Assembly: GCA_029261055.1 (NCBI GenBank)
Contig: JAJDCA010000066.1
Location: 157 to 64,156 of the forward strand
Origin: Candidatus Omnitrophota bacterium
GTDB lineage: Bacteria > Omnitrophota > Gorgyraeia > Zapsychrales > Zapsychraceae
Direction: 5' to 3'
DNA: 64,000 nucleotides
Within the stretch, counting starts at the first letter, position 1. The number at the start of each line of letters is the position of its first letter. The position numbers and the translations under genes are program-made. The notes below the pieces were generated by a model. It was not told the origin of the DNA, searched no databases, and saw only the letters and a list, made by a program, of their open reading frames with translations. Below, one piece after another: positions 1 to 8,624 of this stretch.

Positions 1-557
1 CCGCAAATTTTACCTCTAATAAATCCTGGGTACGAGATTTCCGAGAAGTCACCTTCACTAACACATCAAGCAATTTAGATTCCAATGCAACATTCTTATG
101 GCATTTTGGGGATGGGGGAACTAGCACATTAAAAAACCCGAAACACACTTATCCCAAAAATACAGGTTTTACTAAACCTTATAATGTAACCCTGACAGTT
201 ATTAATCCGGGAGATAAAACAAATTCTAAATTTAAACGTAACTTTATTGAAGTTAGAACCGCAACTTCGACAGCTGTACAACCCACTGCAAATTTTATTT
301 CTGATAAAACTTGGGTAAGAAGTTTGCGGACAATAAAATTCACAAACACATCAACTAATTTAGACTCCAACACAACATTTTTATGGCATTTTGGGGATGG
401 GGGAACTAGCACATTGAAAAACCCATCGCACAAGTATCCAAAAAATACAAATATTTTGAATAGATCAAACTTCTATGATGTAACTCTAACTGTTACTAAT
501 CCGGGAAATAAAACATCTAGAAAATTTAAACACAACTTAATAGAAGTAAAAAAATAA
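1..557 (+). CDS. C-terminal part of a PKD-domain tandem-repeat protein (5' partial; extends upstream of the window)
   Basis: Open frame from position 3 to TAA at 555-557. Two ~95-aa repeats each show FTNTS.NLDSN.TFLWHFGDGGTSTLKNP.H.YPKNT...Y.VTLTV.NPG.KT..KFK.N.IEV, which is typical of PKD domains. The repeat is also visible as a ~280-bp nucleotide tandem duplication. Confidence 0.6.
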   Translation, partial: ANFTSNKSWVRDFREVTFTNTSSNLDSNATFLWHFGDGGTSTLKNPKHTYPKNTGFTKPYNVTLTVINPGDKTNSKFKRNFIEVRTATSTAVQPTANFISDKTWVRSLRTIKFTNTSTNLDSNTTFLWHFGDGGTSTLKNPSHKYPKNTNILNRSNFYDVTLTVTNPGNKTSRKFKHNLIEVKK

Positions 558-629
558 TCAATAGTTATAAAACATCAATTTAGATTTTCTCTTGCCGTAA
601 GCCGAGCGTCGATATACAATGCTCGTCTT

Positions 630-1961
630 ATGGCTGAAAAAGAATTCCTCACAGTTTCTGAACTTAACAATCTTATTAAAGATGTCGTCAATACCGGTTT
701 TCCGTATCCCGTGTGGGTCTGCGGGGAAATTCAAGGTTACAACCGTAATAGAAGTAAGAATCATATTTTCTTTGAACTTGTCGAAAAGGATGCTAAATCC
801 AAAGACTTCAAAGCCAAAATCGGTTTGGTTATCTTTGCCGGAAAAAAATTCCAAATTGCTCAAATACTACGTAAAGGGGGAAGCCCTTTTGAACTGAAAG
901 ATGATATCGAAGTTAAATTTGCCTGCAAGATTGACTTTTATGCTCCACACGGCGCGATGCGGCTTGTTGTCGAAAGCATTGATCCGGTTTATACCTTAGG
1001 AAAACTTGCCCAAGCTAAACAAAAACTTATTGCCGAACTTAAAGAGAAAGGGACTCTGGATAAAAACAAACAACAGGAATTATCTCTGGTTCCCCTTAAA
1101 ATCGGCCTGATAACATCGGATGACTCGGCTGCGTACAATGACTTTCGTTCGGAGTTGCAAAAAAGTGGATTTGGCTTTAAGATTCTTCTTCACAATGCCA
1201 CGATGCAAGGCAAAAAGACAGAGGGAGAGGTGGCCAAGGCCATCGCGACTCTCAATAAAATAAAAGATTTAGACTGTATTGTTGTGACACGCGGCGGCGG
1301 TTCGATTGCGGATTTAAGTTGTTTTGACAGTCAAAAAATTGCCGAAGCTATTGCAGATTCTAATCTGCCAGTATTAAGCGGCATCGGACATGAAATTGAT
1401 ATGAGTATTACGGATATGGCCGCTCACACGTATGCCAAAACACCGACGGCAATTGCAAAGTTTTTAATCACGCTCATCGAAGAATTTCTTACTCGTATTG
1501 ATGAATACAAAGATCGTATTTGTAATTATGCGCTTACTAAAATGGATACAGAAAAAAACCAGCTTAAAAATTCGGCCGTACGCTTACAAAATGGAACCCT
1601 GCAATATCTCAAAGATCACAATACCCAAATCATACGCTTTAGCGAAATCATACGGCAACGGCCAAATATGTTATTAAAAGATCAGCAAAAAATACTCGTC
1701 ACCCAAAGCGACGCTCTGACAAAAACAATTAAACGACGACTCGAAAATACTCAGCTACAACTGAAAAACTATCAGAAAGTAATCGATGTCCTGCATCCGG
1801 CCAATACATTAAAACGCGGATTCAGTATTACACGCAAAAAGAATGGCCAGGCCGTAAAAAGTATTTCTGATGTATCTAATAAACAAGAATTAGTCACTGA
1901 ACTCATTGATGGCACGATTGAAAGCCAAGTCGTGAGTAATCTTAAACAAGTAGGGGTTTGA
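630..1961 (+). CDS. xseA: exodeoxyribonuclease VII large subunit
   Basis: 443 aa. N-terminal OB-fold region (GFPYPVWVCGEIQGYNR), VVTRGGGSIADL motif and C-terminal coiled region, as in XseA. Immediately followed by xseB. Confidence 0.85.
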   Translation: MAEKEFLTVSELNNLIKDVVNTGFPYPVWVCGEIQGYNRNRSKNHIFFELVEKDAKSKDFKAKIGLVIFAGKKFQIAQILRKGGSPFELKDDIEVKFACKIDFYAPHGAMRLVVESIDPVYTLGKLAQAKQKLIAELKEKGTLDKNKQQELSLVPLKIGLITSDDSAAYNDFRSELQKSGFGFKILLHNATMQGKKTEGEVAKAIATLNKIKDLDCIVVTRGGGSIADLSCFDSQKIAEAIADSNLPVLSGIGHEIDMSITDMAAHTYAKTPTAIAKFLITLIEEFLTRIDEYKDRICNYALTKMDTEKNQLKNSAVRLQNGTLQYLKDHNTQIIRFSEIIRQRPNMLLKDQQKILVTQSDALTKTIKRRLENTQLQLKNYQKVIDVLHPANTLKRGFSITRKKNGQAVKSISDVSNKQELVTELIDGTIESQVVSNLKQVGV

Positions 1962-2001
1962 TTAATCAAACCCAATAAAAGGACTTTAAGGAAAATACCC
2001 C

Positions 2002-2208
2002 ATGAGTGAAGTCAAATACAGTAAATCGATTAAAAAATTAGAAGAGATCATCGATAAAATCGAAAGCGAAGAAATCGATGTAGATGAACTCTCGGAAAAA
2101 GTTAAAGAGGCCGTGACACTAATCAAGACCTGCAAAGATAAAATTGAAAAAGCAGAATTGGAAGTCAAAAAAGTGGTCGATGAATTAGGGACACAAGAAA
2201 ACGATTAA
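2002..2208 (+). CDS. xseB: exodeoxyribonuclease VII small subunit
   Basis: 68 aa. Helical protein (SIKKLEEIIDKIESEEIDVDEL...) of XseB size and composition, positioned directly after xseA. Confidence 0.8.
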   Translation: MSEVKYSKSIKKLEEIIDKIESEEIDVDELSEKVKEAVTLIKTCKDKIEKAELEVKKVVDELGTQEND

Positions 2209-2211
2209 AGC

Positions 2212-2277
2212 GTCATCAGACATCAGACTTCAGCCTAACATCAATGGCTGATAACTGACGACTGAAAACTGAAAGCT
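2212..2277. repeat. GACTGA/CATCAG-rich palindromic intergenic element, copy 1
   Basis: gtcatcagacatcagacttcagcc...ggctgataactgacgactgaaaactgaaagc. Shares ctgataNctgacgactga and catcag blocks with the copy at 35045-35105. The arms are self-complementary. Confidence 0.4.
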
Positions 2278-2285
2278 ATCAAAAA

Positions 2286-3188
2286 ATGCTATCAATATCT
2301 ACATCCTGGATGAGCAACCCTGAGCTGGGTATGAAACATTGGTTGAAACAAGTCAAAGACCTTGGCATTAATGCCGTTGAGCTCAGCTACAAACTATCCG
2401 TTGCACAACTCAATGAAATAGAAGAGGGCATCAAGGAACTCGACATGCACGTATCCAGCATTCACAATTTCTGCCCTTCACCCAACGATGAAATCTCACC
2501 AAGACATCTGTCTAATTATTACCGTCTATCATCTACAGACGAACACGAACGCCAGCAAGCCATCAAATGGACCAACATTGCCGTGGACACCGCCCAACGT
2601 GTTGGGGCAAAAGTAGTCGTCATTCACGCCGGAACACTCGATTTTGAAGATGAACGCTCCCCGGAATTATTTAAATTATATGTCGATGGACAAAAAGACA
2701 CCGACGCCTTCCGTGACGAACGCCAACGCATCTTAACAGTACGTCAAGAAAAAAAAGGCCCGTATATTCAAGCCCTGGAAAAAAGTTTAGACGAAGTCGT
2801 GGCCCACGCACGATCAAAAAATATTAAAATCGGTCTGGAAACACGCTATTACCCCATCGAAATCCCAAACTTTGAGGAAGTCGGCTTTTTCCTAAAGAAA
2901 TTTGATGCTGATGTAATGGGCTATTGGCACGACGTCGGCCACGCCGAAATGAACGATCGCCTCGGCATCACATCCCATTTAGACTTTTTAGAAACCTACA
3001 AAGACCGCCTCATCGGCGTCCACATCCACGGCATCAAGGGCCGAAGAGACCACCTAGCCCCGTTTGAGGGAGAGATGGACTTAAACAAATTCTTACCCTA
3101 CTTCAAACCAAATATCATCCGCGTCATCGAATCCAAACCCTTTGCGTCCGAAGAATTAATCAAAGCAGCGGTAGGGAAGTTAAAATAA
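2286..3188 (+). CDS. sugar phosphate isomerase/epimerase (xylose-isomerase-like TIM barrel)
   Basis: 300 aa. Pattern of conserved His/Asp/Glu positions (VVIHAG, GLETRYYP, WHDVGHAE, GVHIHG) typical of the AP_endonuc_2/xylose isomerase-like fold. Confidence 0.6.
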   Translation: MLSISTSWMSNPELGMKHWLKQVKDLGINAVELSYKLSVAQLNEIEEGIKELDMHVSSIHNFCPSPNDEISPRHLSNYYRLSSTDEHERQQAIKWTNIAVDTAQRVGAKVVVIHAGTLDFEDERSPELFKLYVDGQKDTDAFRDERQRILTVRQEKKGPYIQALEKSLDEVVAHARSKNIKIGLETRYYPIEIPNFEEVGFFLKKFDADVMGYWHDVGHAEMNDRLGITSHLDFLETYKDRLIGVHIHGIKGRRDHLAPFEGEMDLNKFLPYFKPNIIRVIESKPFASEELIKAAVGKLK

Positions 3189-3284
3189 TTCTAAACGTCT
3201 AGTACTTCGAGATCTCAGCAGGTAAACAATCCGGTAAATAAATTTTAAAATTTGTTTACTGGTTTGTCGATGGTTACAACATTC

Positions 3285-3355
3285 CGACCGCGCGGTCGCA
3301 TTTCAATCCCGAGCGCAAGTTCCGAAAACCTAATCAAATCCCGAGCGCGCGCTCG
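3285..3355. repeat. pair of related GC-rich 14-bp perfect palindromes (CGACCGCGCGGTCG at 3285-3298 and CGAGCGCGCGCTCG at 3342-3355) inside an AT-rich spacer
   Basis: Read directly. An additional half-site CCCGAGCGC lies at 3308-3316. Confidence 0.4.
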
Positions 3356-3817
3356 CAAATACAGATTCATCCGCAGTAAACTACTCTACAAACAGCTCAC
3401 CACAGAAACAGCCCAGGTCTAATTTCTTTCATTTGCATAAAAAGCCTGTCGCTTAGATGGATAGAAGGCATTGTAATAATTAAAAATCTAATTCTTTTTA
3501 TGTTGAATTAATTAATAAATATATCTATTACATGAGTATTAACGTATACTTGTAGTAGATCATGTAAGTAGATATCCTGTCAAAAACAGACCTCTCCATT
3601 ATTTTCCTCTTGGCCGTCTGCCAGAATTATCATCTATTTATCGGTCTCAAATTTTTACAAATGAACACAATAATTGATTGATTTGATGTGCATCGAAGGA
3701 GTATCAATACCCCTCATCTAACAGGATGTTATTGGGGGCAGGCTGCTTTGGGAGAAGGTGATTCAGTTTGGTTTGAGAGAGTACGGGGAAAAGGCAATAA
3801 ACATTAAATCGTGTTAA

Positions 3818-3900
3818 TGAAGTCTCCCCGGGGCAAGCCTCGAGGAATTAAATCCGTTGGAGATTGGCTAAATAATTTGTTCAGCCAATCTCTTAATTAA
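3818..3900 (+). promoter_or_regulatory. conserved leader element (GGGGCAAGCCTCG core, downstream hairpin, then TAATTAAAT), copy A
   Basis: gaagtctccccggggcaagcctcgaggaattaaat, then hairpin gagattggc/gccaatctc (3860-3892), then ttaattaaat, RBS and ATG at 3920. Related copies at 51644-51723 and 57374-57462. Confidence 0.4.
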
Positions 3901-3919
3901 ATAATAAAGGAGAAAACTA

Positions 3920-4003
3920 ATGGGTGACAAAGGAAAGAAAGACAAAACAAAAAGCAATAAACAAAAACAAGATAAACAAAATAAAAAAGCAAACAAAAGC
4001 TAA
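3920..4003 (+). CDS. 27-aa lysine-rich peptide (MGDKGKKDKTKSNKQKQDKQNKKANKS)
   Basis: AAAGGAG RBS 6 nt upstream of the ATG. Preceded by leader copy A and followed by a perfect 48-bp palindrome. Below the 60-aa cutoff of the ORF track. Confidence 0.35.
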   Translation: MGDKGKKDKTKSNKQKQDKQNKKANKS

Positions 4004-4068
4004 TAGACAAACCTCATTTAGTTTGCAGGTTGTTCCCTTGAAATTAGTTAGGCCCTTAAATCGTATAC

Positions 4069-4117
4069 CTATAAATTAAATATGGGTTGTCTACTAGTAG
4101 ACAACCCATATTTAATT
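4069..4117. terminator. perfect 24/24-bp inverted repeat (taaattaaatatgggttgtctact|agtagacaacccatatttaattta); candidate terminator or operator
   Basis: Exact self-complementarity read from the sequence, located downstream of the tiny K-rich ORF. Confidence 0.45.
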
Positions 4118-4168
4118 TACTGATTACCCTTAGGAAAATATATATTTTTAAGAAAGATGTGATTAATA

Positions 4169-4315
4169 ATGCCCCCTAAAAAAACAAAAAAAAATGGTCC
4201 TGTAAAAAATTTTAAAGCAGGGAGAATGTGTAAAAAGTTCGGGTGTAAACAAAAACTGAGTATTTATAACTCAGAGGAATATTGTAATGTTCATCGAGGC
4301 GAAATCTTGAGATGA
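4169..4315 (+). CDS. 48-aa basic Cys/His small protein (MPPKKTKKNGPVKNFKAGRMCKKFGCKQKLSIYNSEEYCNVHRGEILR)
   Basis: ORF immediately upstream of the GT4 gene. C-x4-C...C-x2-H spacing suggests a small zinc-ribbon-like fold. Below the ORF-track cutoff. Confidence 0.35.
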   Translation: MPPKKTKKNGPVKNFKAGRMCKKFGCKQKLSIYNSEEYCNVHRGEILR

Positions 4316-4328
4316 GAAAAGATATCAA

Positions 4329-5525
4329 ATGATAAAAGCGCTAGCAAAAATAAGTGTTCTCCATGTCGCGACGCTAAATAGACCAATCAGGCAAGACTTG
4401 GGTTATGGTCCTATTGAAACGGTTATTTATAATATTGATAAAGGACTGCATAAATTAGGACAGCGTTCGATTGTTGCTTGTTCCGGTGATTCGTGTGTTG
4501 ACGGTGAACACTACACCACTATTGAAAAAAGTTTTAGTGAATATCACAGTAAAGACACGCGTATGCAGCGAGACAATATGCGTAAACATCTTCTTATGTC
4601 TCTTGAAAGAGCAAAAAAAGGCGACATTGATATTATCCATATGCATGACTCTGCCATGGTTGAATATATTTTTAAAGGAATTTTTAAAAGTCCTGTTCCT
4701 ATTGTGATGACGCTTCATGTTCCTGCCGAAGATAAAGGATCATTTCAACGTTGGAATGAATCGCTGCTTGCTTCTTCTGCCGCATATTTTGTTCCCATCA
4801 GTGAATATCAGAAAAAACAACATCAGGGCTTAGTCAACGCACAGAAGGTTATTCATCACGGTGTTGATGTGGCAGACTATCCGTACAAAAGTAATATTCG
4901 GAAATACGATTATTTGTTTTCAATCGGAAGAATCACCCAGGATAAAGGGCAGGATAAAGCTATTAAGATTGCAAAAAAAACAGGTTCGCGGCTTATCCTT
5001 GCCGGGAATATTCAGAACAAAGCAAAAGACCGGGCATTCTTTAAGGAATTGGAAAAATCAATTGACCTTGTGACGGACGTAAGCAAACCTTGTGCCCCGG
5101 ACGAGTATTATGAAAAAGTCATGAAACCCATTTTAGACTCAGACAATCAGATTATCTATATCGGCGAAGTTACTAGTGAGCAAAAGAAGTTGTGGTACAG
5201 TCACGCCCGAGCGACACTCTTTACTATTCAATGGGGCGAACCTTTTGGGCTTGTTTTGATAGAATCTATGGCTTGCGGAACCCCAGTGCTCGCATTCAAT
5301 AAAGGCTCGGTTCCCGAAATTGTTGTTCATGGTAAAACAGGATTTGTTGAGGACTCAATGGATGGCATGATTGAGGCTGTTAGGTCAATTCAGCTTATAA
5401 AATCCAAGGATTGTCGTAATCACATTAAAAATAATTTTTCAATTACGAGTATGGCTGAAAAATATTCCAAGTTATATCAGCAAATTATGGATGAAAGGAC
5501 GTCATGCCTAAAGATATCCCAGTAA
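4329..5525 (+). CDS. glycosyltransferase family 4 (GT-B, group 1)
   Basis: 398 aa. C-terminal EPFGLVLIESMACGTPVLAFNKGSVPEIVVHGKTGFV is the GT4 retaining-transferase signature. Confidence 0.8.
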   Translation: MIKALAKISVLHVATLNRPIRQDLGYGPIETVIYNIDKGLHKLGQRSIVACSGDSCVDGEHYTTIEKSFSEYHSKDTRMQRDNMRKHLLMSLERAKKGDIDIIHMHDSAMVEYIFKGIFKSPVPIVMTLHVPAEDKGSFQRWNESLLASSAAYFVPISEYQKKQHQGLVNAQKVIHHGVDVADYPYKSNIRKYDYLFSIGRITQDKGQDKAIKIAKKTGSRLILAGNIQNKAKDRAFFKELEKSIDLVTDVSKPCAPDEYYEKVMKPILDSDNQIIYIGEVTSEQKKLWYSHARATLFTIQWGEPFGLVLIESMACGTPVLAFNKGSVPEIVVHGKTGFVEDSMDGMIEAVRSIQLIKSKDCRNHIKNNFSITSMAEKYSKLYQQIMDERTSCLKISQ

Positions 5526-7465
5526 GCAACGGATCATTTCTTTTAAATTTTGATTCGGATTATCAAATTCGGGATATTTATTTCCCTTTTATTGGTCAGG
5601 AAAATCATTCCAGTGGACGTCCTTTTATTTTTGGTGTCTGGGTAGACGGGCATTATTCGAAAATGGGGCCGGATTGGACAAAAGATTTAAGATATCATAA
5701 CAATAGTCTTGTAACAGATGTCTTTTTAAAAAATGAAGTTTTAGGGCTGGAGTTGCGATGTTCAGATGTAGTAGATATGGATTTGAATATATATATTAAG
5801 AAAATTGAAGTGATCAATCTCAAAGATGAAGATCGTCAAGTTCGACTTTTTTTTAGTCATGAATTTAATCTTTATGGTAATGGCATTGGAGGGACGGCTT
5901 ATTTTGATCCTCGAACGTGTTCGATTATTCACTACAAAGTCCATCGATATTTTTTGATCAGCTGTTGGGCGCATGATAAATGGGGTGTACAGCATTTTGC
6001 TTGTGGAAGAAGAGAAGCTTCAGGAGAATTGGAAACACTCAAAGAAGCAGAAAATGGAGAGCTTATTGGAGATGCCTGTGCATGGGGATCACCGCATTCT
6101 ACCATTGGTATTTGGTTGGACGTGCCTGCGAAGGGAACAACAGATGCTTATTATTGGATGGCAGCGGGTACGACGTATTCAGATGTTGCAAACCTTAATT
6201 TACAAGTTCATGAAAAAACACCAGAAAAGCTCATCAGTCGTTCATCAAAATATTGGAGAACTTGGGTTCATAAGGATTCATTACAGCTTGAAAGTTTGCC
6301 TGATTCCGTAACACATATTTTTAATCGAAGTTTGCTTATATTACGGACACAAATTGATAACGGTGGAGCTATTATAGCGGCCAATGATTCAGACATTATT
6401 CGTTTTGGAAAAGACACTTATTCGTATATGTGGGGGCGTGATGGTGCTTTTGTTGCCGCTGCCTTAGCAAAGGCCGGTTATTCGCATGCGTGTATGAAAT
6501 ATTTTGATTTTTGTGCGCGCGCTTTAACAGACGAAGGGTATTTATTTCAACATTACAATCCAGATGGTTCTCTTGCGAGTAATTGGCATTCTTGGTTGGT
6601 CGAGGGTAAAGAAGTTCTTCCTATTCAGGAAGACTCGACGGCTTTAACTCTTTGGGCCCTTTGGATTCACTACGAGAGTTTGAAAGATATAGAATTTATT
6701 AGGCCTCTTTACAATAGTCTCATTAGAAAAGCTGCAGATTTTTTAGTCAGTTATCTAGATCCTCAGACAATGTTGCCGTTACCTTCCTATGATTTATGGG
6801 AAGAGCGTTATGCACTGCATACTTATACCGTTGCTTCCGTGATTGCCGGATTAAGAGCGGCTTCGAATTTTGCAAAAATATTTGAAGATGCTTCTTTGGC
6901 GCAAGAGTATGACTCTGTTGCCGAAGAAATGACGGAAGGGATCAAGAAACATCTTTACCATGATGGCTTAAAGCGATATGCCCGTTCGGGCTCCAGAATA
7001 GAAGGAGGGTATAAGCTTAATGAAGTCATTGATATCAGTTTATTAAGCTTGGCAACTCTTGGAGTTTTGGATCCTAAAGATCCACGCATGGTTGAAACAG
7101 CTAACGCTGTACGTGAACAATTGTGGCTTAAAACTTCTGTTGAAGGTTGCGCCAGATATCAGGGGGATGTTTACCAACGTGCGGAAGATAGTCCCAAAGA
7201 TATTCCTGGGAATCCATGGTTTATTTCAACATTATGGCTGGCAGAATATTTTATTGATCAGGCAGAGAATCAAGAACAGCTTCAAGAAACCCTTCCTTAT
7301 CTTGAATGGTGCGGAAAAAATGCACTTCCTTCCGGCGTGCTTGCTGAACAGGTGCATCCTGTGAGTGGCGCACCTCTTTGTGTCTCACCTCTTACGTGGA
7401 GCCATTCGGCTTTTGTTTGGACTGTTCTAAGATACACCGAGAAACACAAAACACTTAAGAAATAG
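5504..7465 (+). CDS. glycoside hydrolase family 15 (glucoamylase / trehalase-like)
   Basis: 653 aa. N-terminal beta-sandwich domain plus (alpha/alpha)6 catalytic domain with WEERYALHTYTVASVIAGL and W..SHSAF motifs characteristic of GH15. Overlaps the GT4 stop by 22 nt, so the two are probably co-transcribed. Confidence 0.75.
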   Translation: MPKDIPVSNGSFLLNFDSDYQIRDIYFPFIGQENHSSGRPFIFGVWVDGHYSKMGPDWTKDLRYHNNSLVTDVFLKNEVLGLELRCSDVVDMDLNIYIKKIEVINLKDEDRQVRLFFSHEFNLYGNGIGGTAYFDPRTCSIIHYKVHRYFLISCWAHDKWGVQHFACGRREASGELETLKEAENGELIGDACAWGSPHSTIGIWLDVPAKGTTDAYYWMAAGTTYSDVANLNLQVHEKTPEKLISRSSKYWRTWVHKDSLQLESLPDSVTHIFNRSLLILRTQIDNGGAIIAANDSDIIRFGKDTYSYMWGRDGAFVAAALAKAGYSHACMKYFDFCARALTDEGYLFQHYNPDGSLASNWHSWLVEGKEVLPIQEDSTALTLWALWIHYESLKDIEFIRPLYNSLIRKAADFLVSYLDPQTMLPLPSYDLWEERYALHTYTVASVIAGLRAASNFAKIFEDASLAQEYDSVAEEMTEGIKKHLYHDGLKRYARSGSRIEGGYKLNEVIDISLLSLATLGVLDPKDPRMVETANAVREQLWLKTSVEGCARYQGDVYQRAEDSPKDIPGNPWFISTLWLAEYFIDQAENQEQLQETLPYLEWCGKNALPSGVLAEQVHPVSGAPLCVSPLTWSHSAFVWTVLRYTEKHKTLKK

Positions 7466-7489
7466 AATTAGTCATAGGAGAATTGATTT

Positions 7490-8119
7490 ATGCATTCAGA
7501 CGAAGCGGTGTTTGATCGATGCAGTCAACATATTTCTAACGATAATTATTCCGTCATTGATCAATTCTTAACTTCCGAGGAAGTATCGGATATTTTGGTT
7601 GGCGTGGAGAATAAATATTCTCAAGACAAATTTAAAAAAGCAGGGGTTGGACAAAATGATGATTACAACAACACTTCTCAAGTGAGAGGAGATTTGATTT
7701 ATTGGATTGATTCTCAAAAAGTGTTTGAACTTAAACGACGATTTCTTCCATATCTTAATAAGTTTATAACCCATTTAAATCAAAAGTGTTTTTTGTCGAT
7801 TAAAGATTACGAAATGCATTATTCTGTGTATCCAAAAGGAACGTATTATAAGCGACATCTGGATCAATTCAAAAAGGATGATAATCGCGTTCTTACATTC
7901 ATTTGTTATTTAAATTTTGATTGGAGAAAAGGTGATGGAGGCGATTTACGGCTTTATACCAATCAAAAAAATACCGATGCTCAATATATAGATATCTTGC
8001 CTGAAGCAGGCCGTTTTGTTTGTTTTAAAAGTGATGTTTTAGAGCATGAAGTTTTAGTCACAAACAAAACACGATATAGTTTGACTGGATGGATGCTAAC
8101 ACGCGCCATGGATTCGTAA
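7490..8119 (+). CDS. 2OG-Fe(II) oxygenase, prolyl-4-hydroxylase-like
   Basis: 209 aa. H-x-D (KRHLDQF) ... H (LEHEV) iron triad and P4Hc-like core (LTFICYLN...GGDLRLY...GRFVCF). Confidence 0.7.
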   Translation: MHSDEAVFDRCSQHISNDNYSVIDQFLTSEEVSDILVGVENKYSQDKFKKAGVGQNDDYNNTSQVRGDLIYWIDSQKVFELKRRFLPYLNKFITHLNQKCFLSIKDYEMHYSVYPKGTYYKRHLDQFKKDDNRVLTFICYLNFDWRKGDGGDLRLYTNQKNTDAQYIDILPEAGRFVCFKSDVLEHEVLVTNKTRYSLTGWMLTRAMDS

Positions 8120-8394
8120 TGATTAAAATTCTGGGGTGGAAATAATCGTGTCGTTTCTCATAACTCAATATATCACAAGTATTTTTGAGTAATTAATGTA
8201 AACCGTGGCAAATTTTGAATTAACGATATCTTTCGCTTTTTGATAAAGTTGTCGCCATGTCCCGAGTGTAATGCCCCATTAATTACCGATATTCCAACTA
8301 CCTCAAAAACTCCACCCCGAAGAAAAAATTATTCCGGAAATAAAAATTTTACTTTTCATTCAACTTTTTAAATGTTATGATTTCAACTAATATT

Positions 8395-8471
8395 GCGCCT
8401 GTAGCTCAGCTGGATAGAGCACCTGCCTTCGGAGCAGGGTGTCGGGGGTTCGAATCCTCCCAGGCGCGCCA
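8395..8471 (+). tRNA. tRNA-Arg (anticodon TCG)
   Basis: Manual fold: acceptor GCGCCTG/CAGGCGC, D-arm GCTC-AGCTGGATA-GAGC, anticodon stem CCTGC/GCAGG with loop CTTCGGA, T-arm GGGGG-TTCGAAT-CCTCC, encoded CCA. Body is nearly identical to E. coli tRNA-Arg. Confidence 0.8.
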
Positions 8472-8624
8472 GTCTTCGCCAAAGAGCTTTCGCATTTGGC
8501 TTCGTCTGGCTTTGCCTGATATAAGTAAAATCGCTGCGGCAAGAATGAATTCGTATCAACGGAAAAATCCTGGCGAAAATACTTTGATCATTTCAATTAT
8601 GCCTGTAGGCTAAATCACTAAAAA

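Noticed and set aside
558-897. ORFs 558-863 (minus strand) and 619-897 (plus strand)
   Set aside because: Overlap the well-supported xseA start region in other frames, with no homology signal.
5973-6311. Internal 112-aa and 72-aa plus-strand ORFs
   Set aside because: Alternative frames inside the GH15 gene; the GH15 frame carries the conserved motifs.
8472-8624. Possible glycine riboswitch in the leader of gcvT
   Set aside because: Looked for the conserved GGAGAG, ACCGAAGG and CUCAGGCAAAAG-type blocks of the glycine aptamer and found none. The leader is probably unstructured or uses another mechanism.
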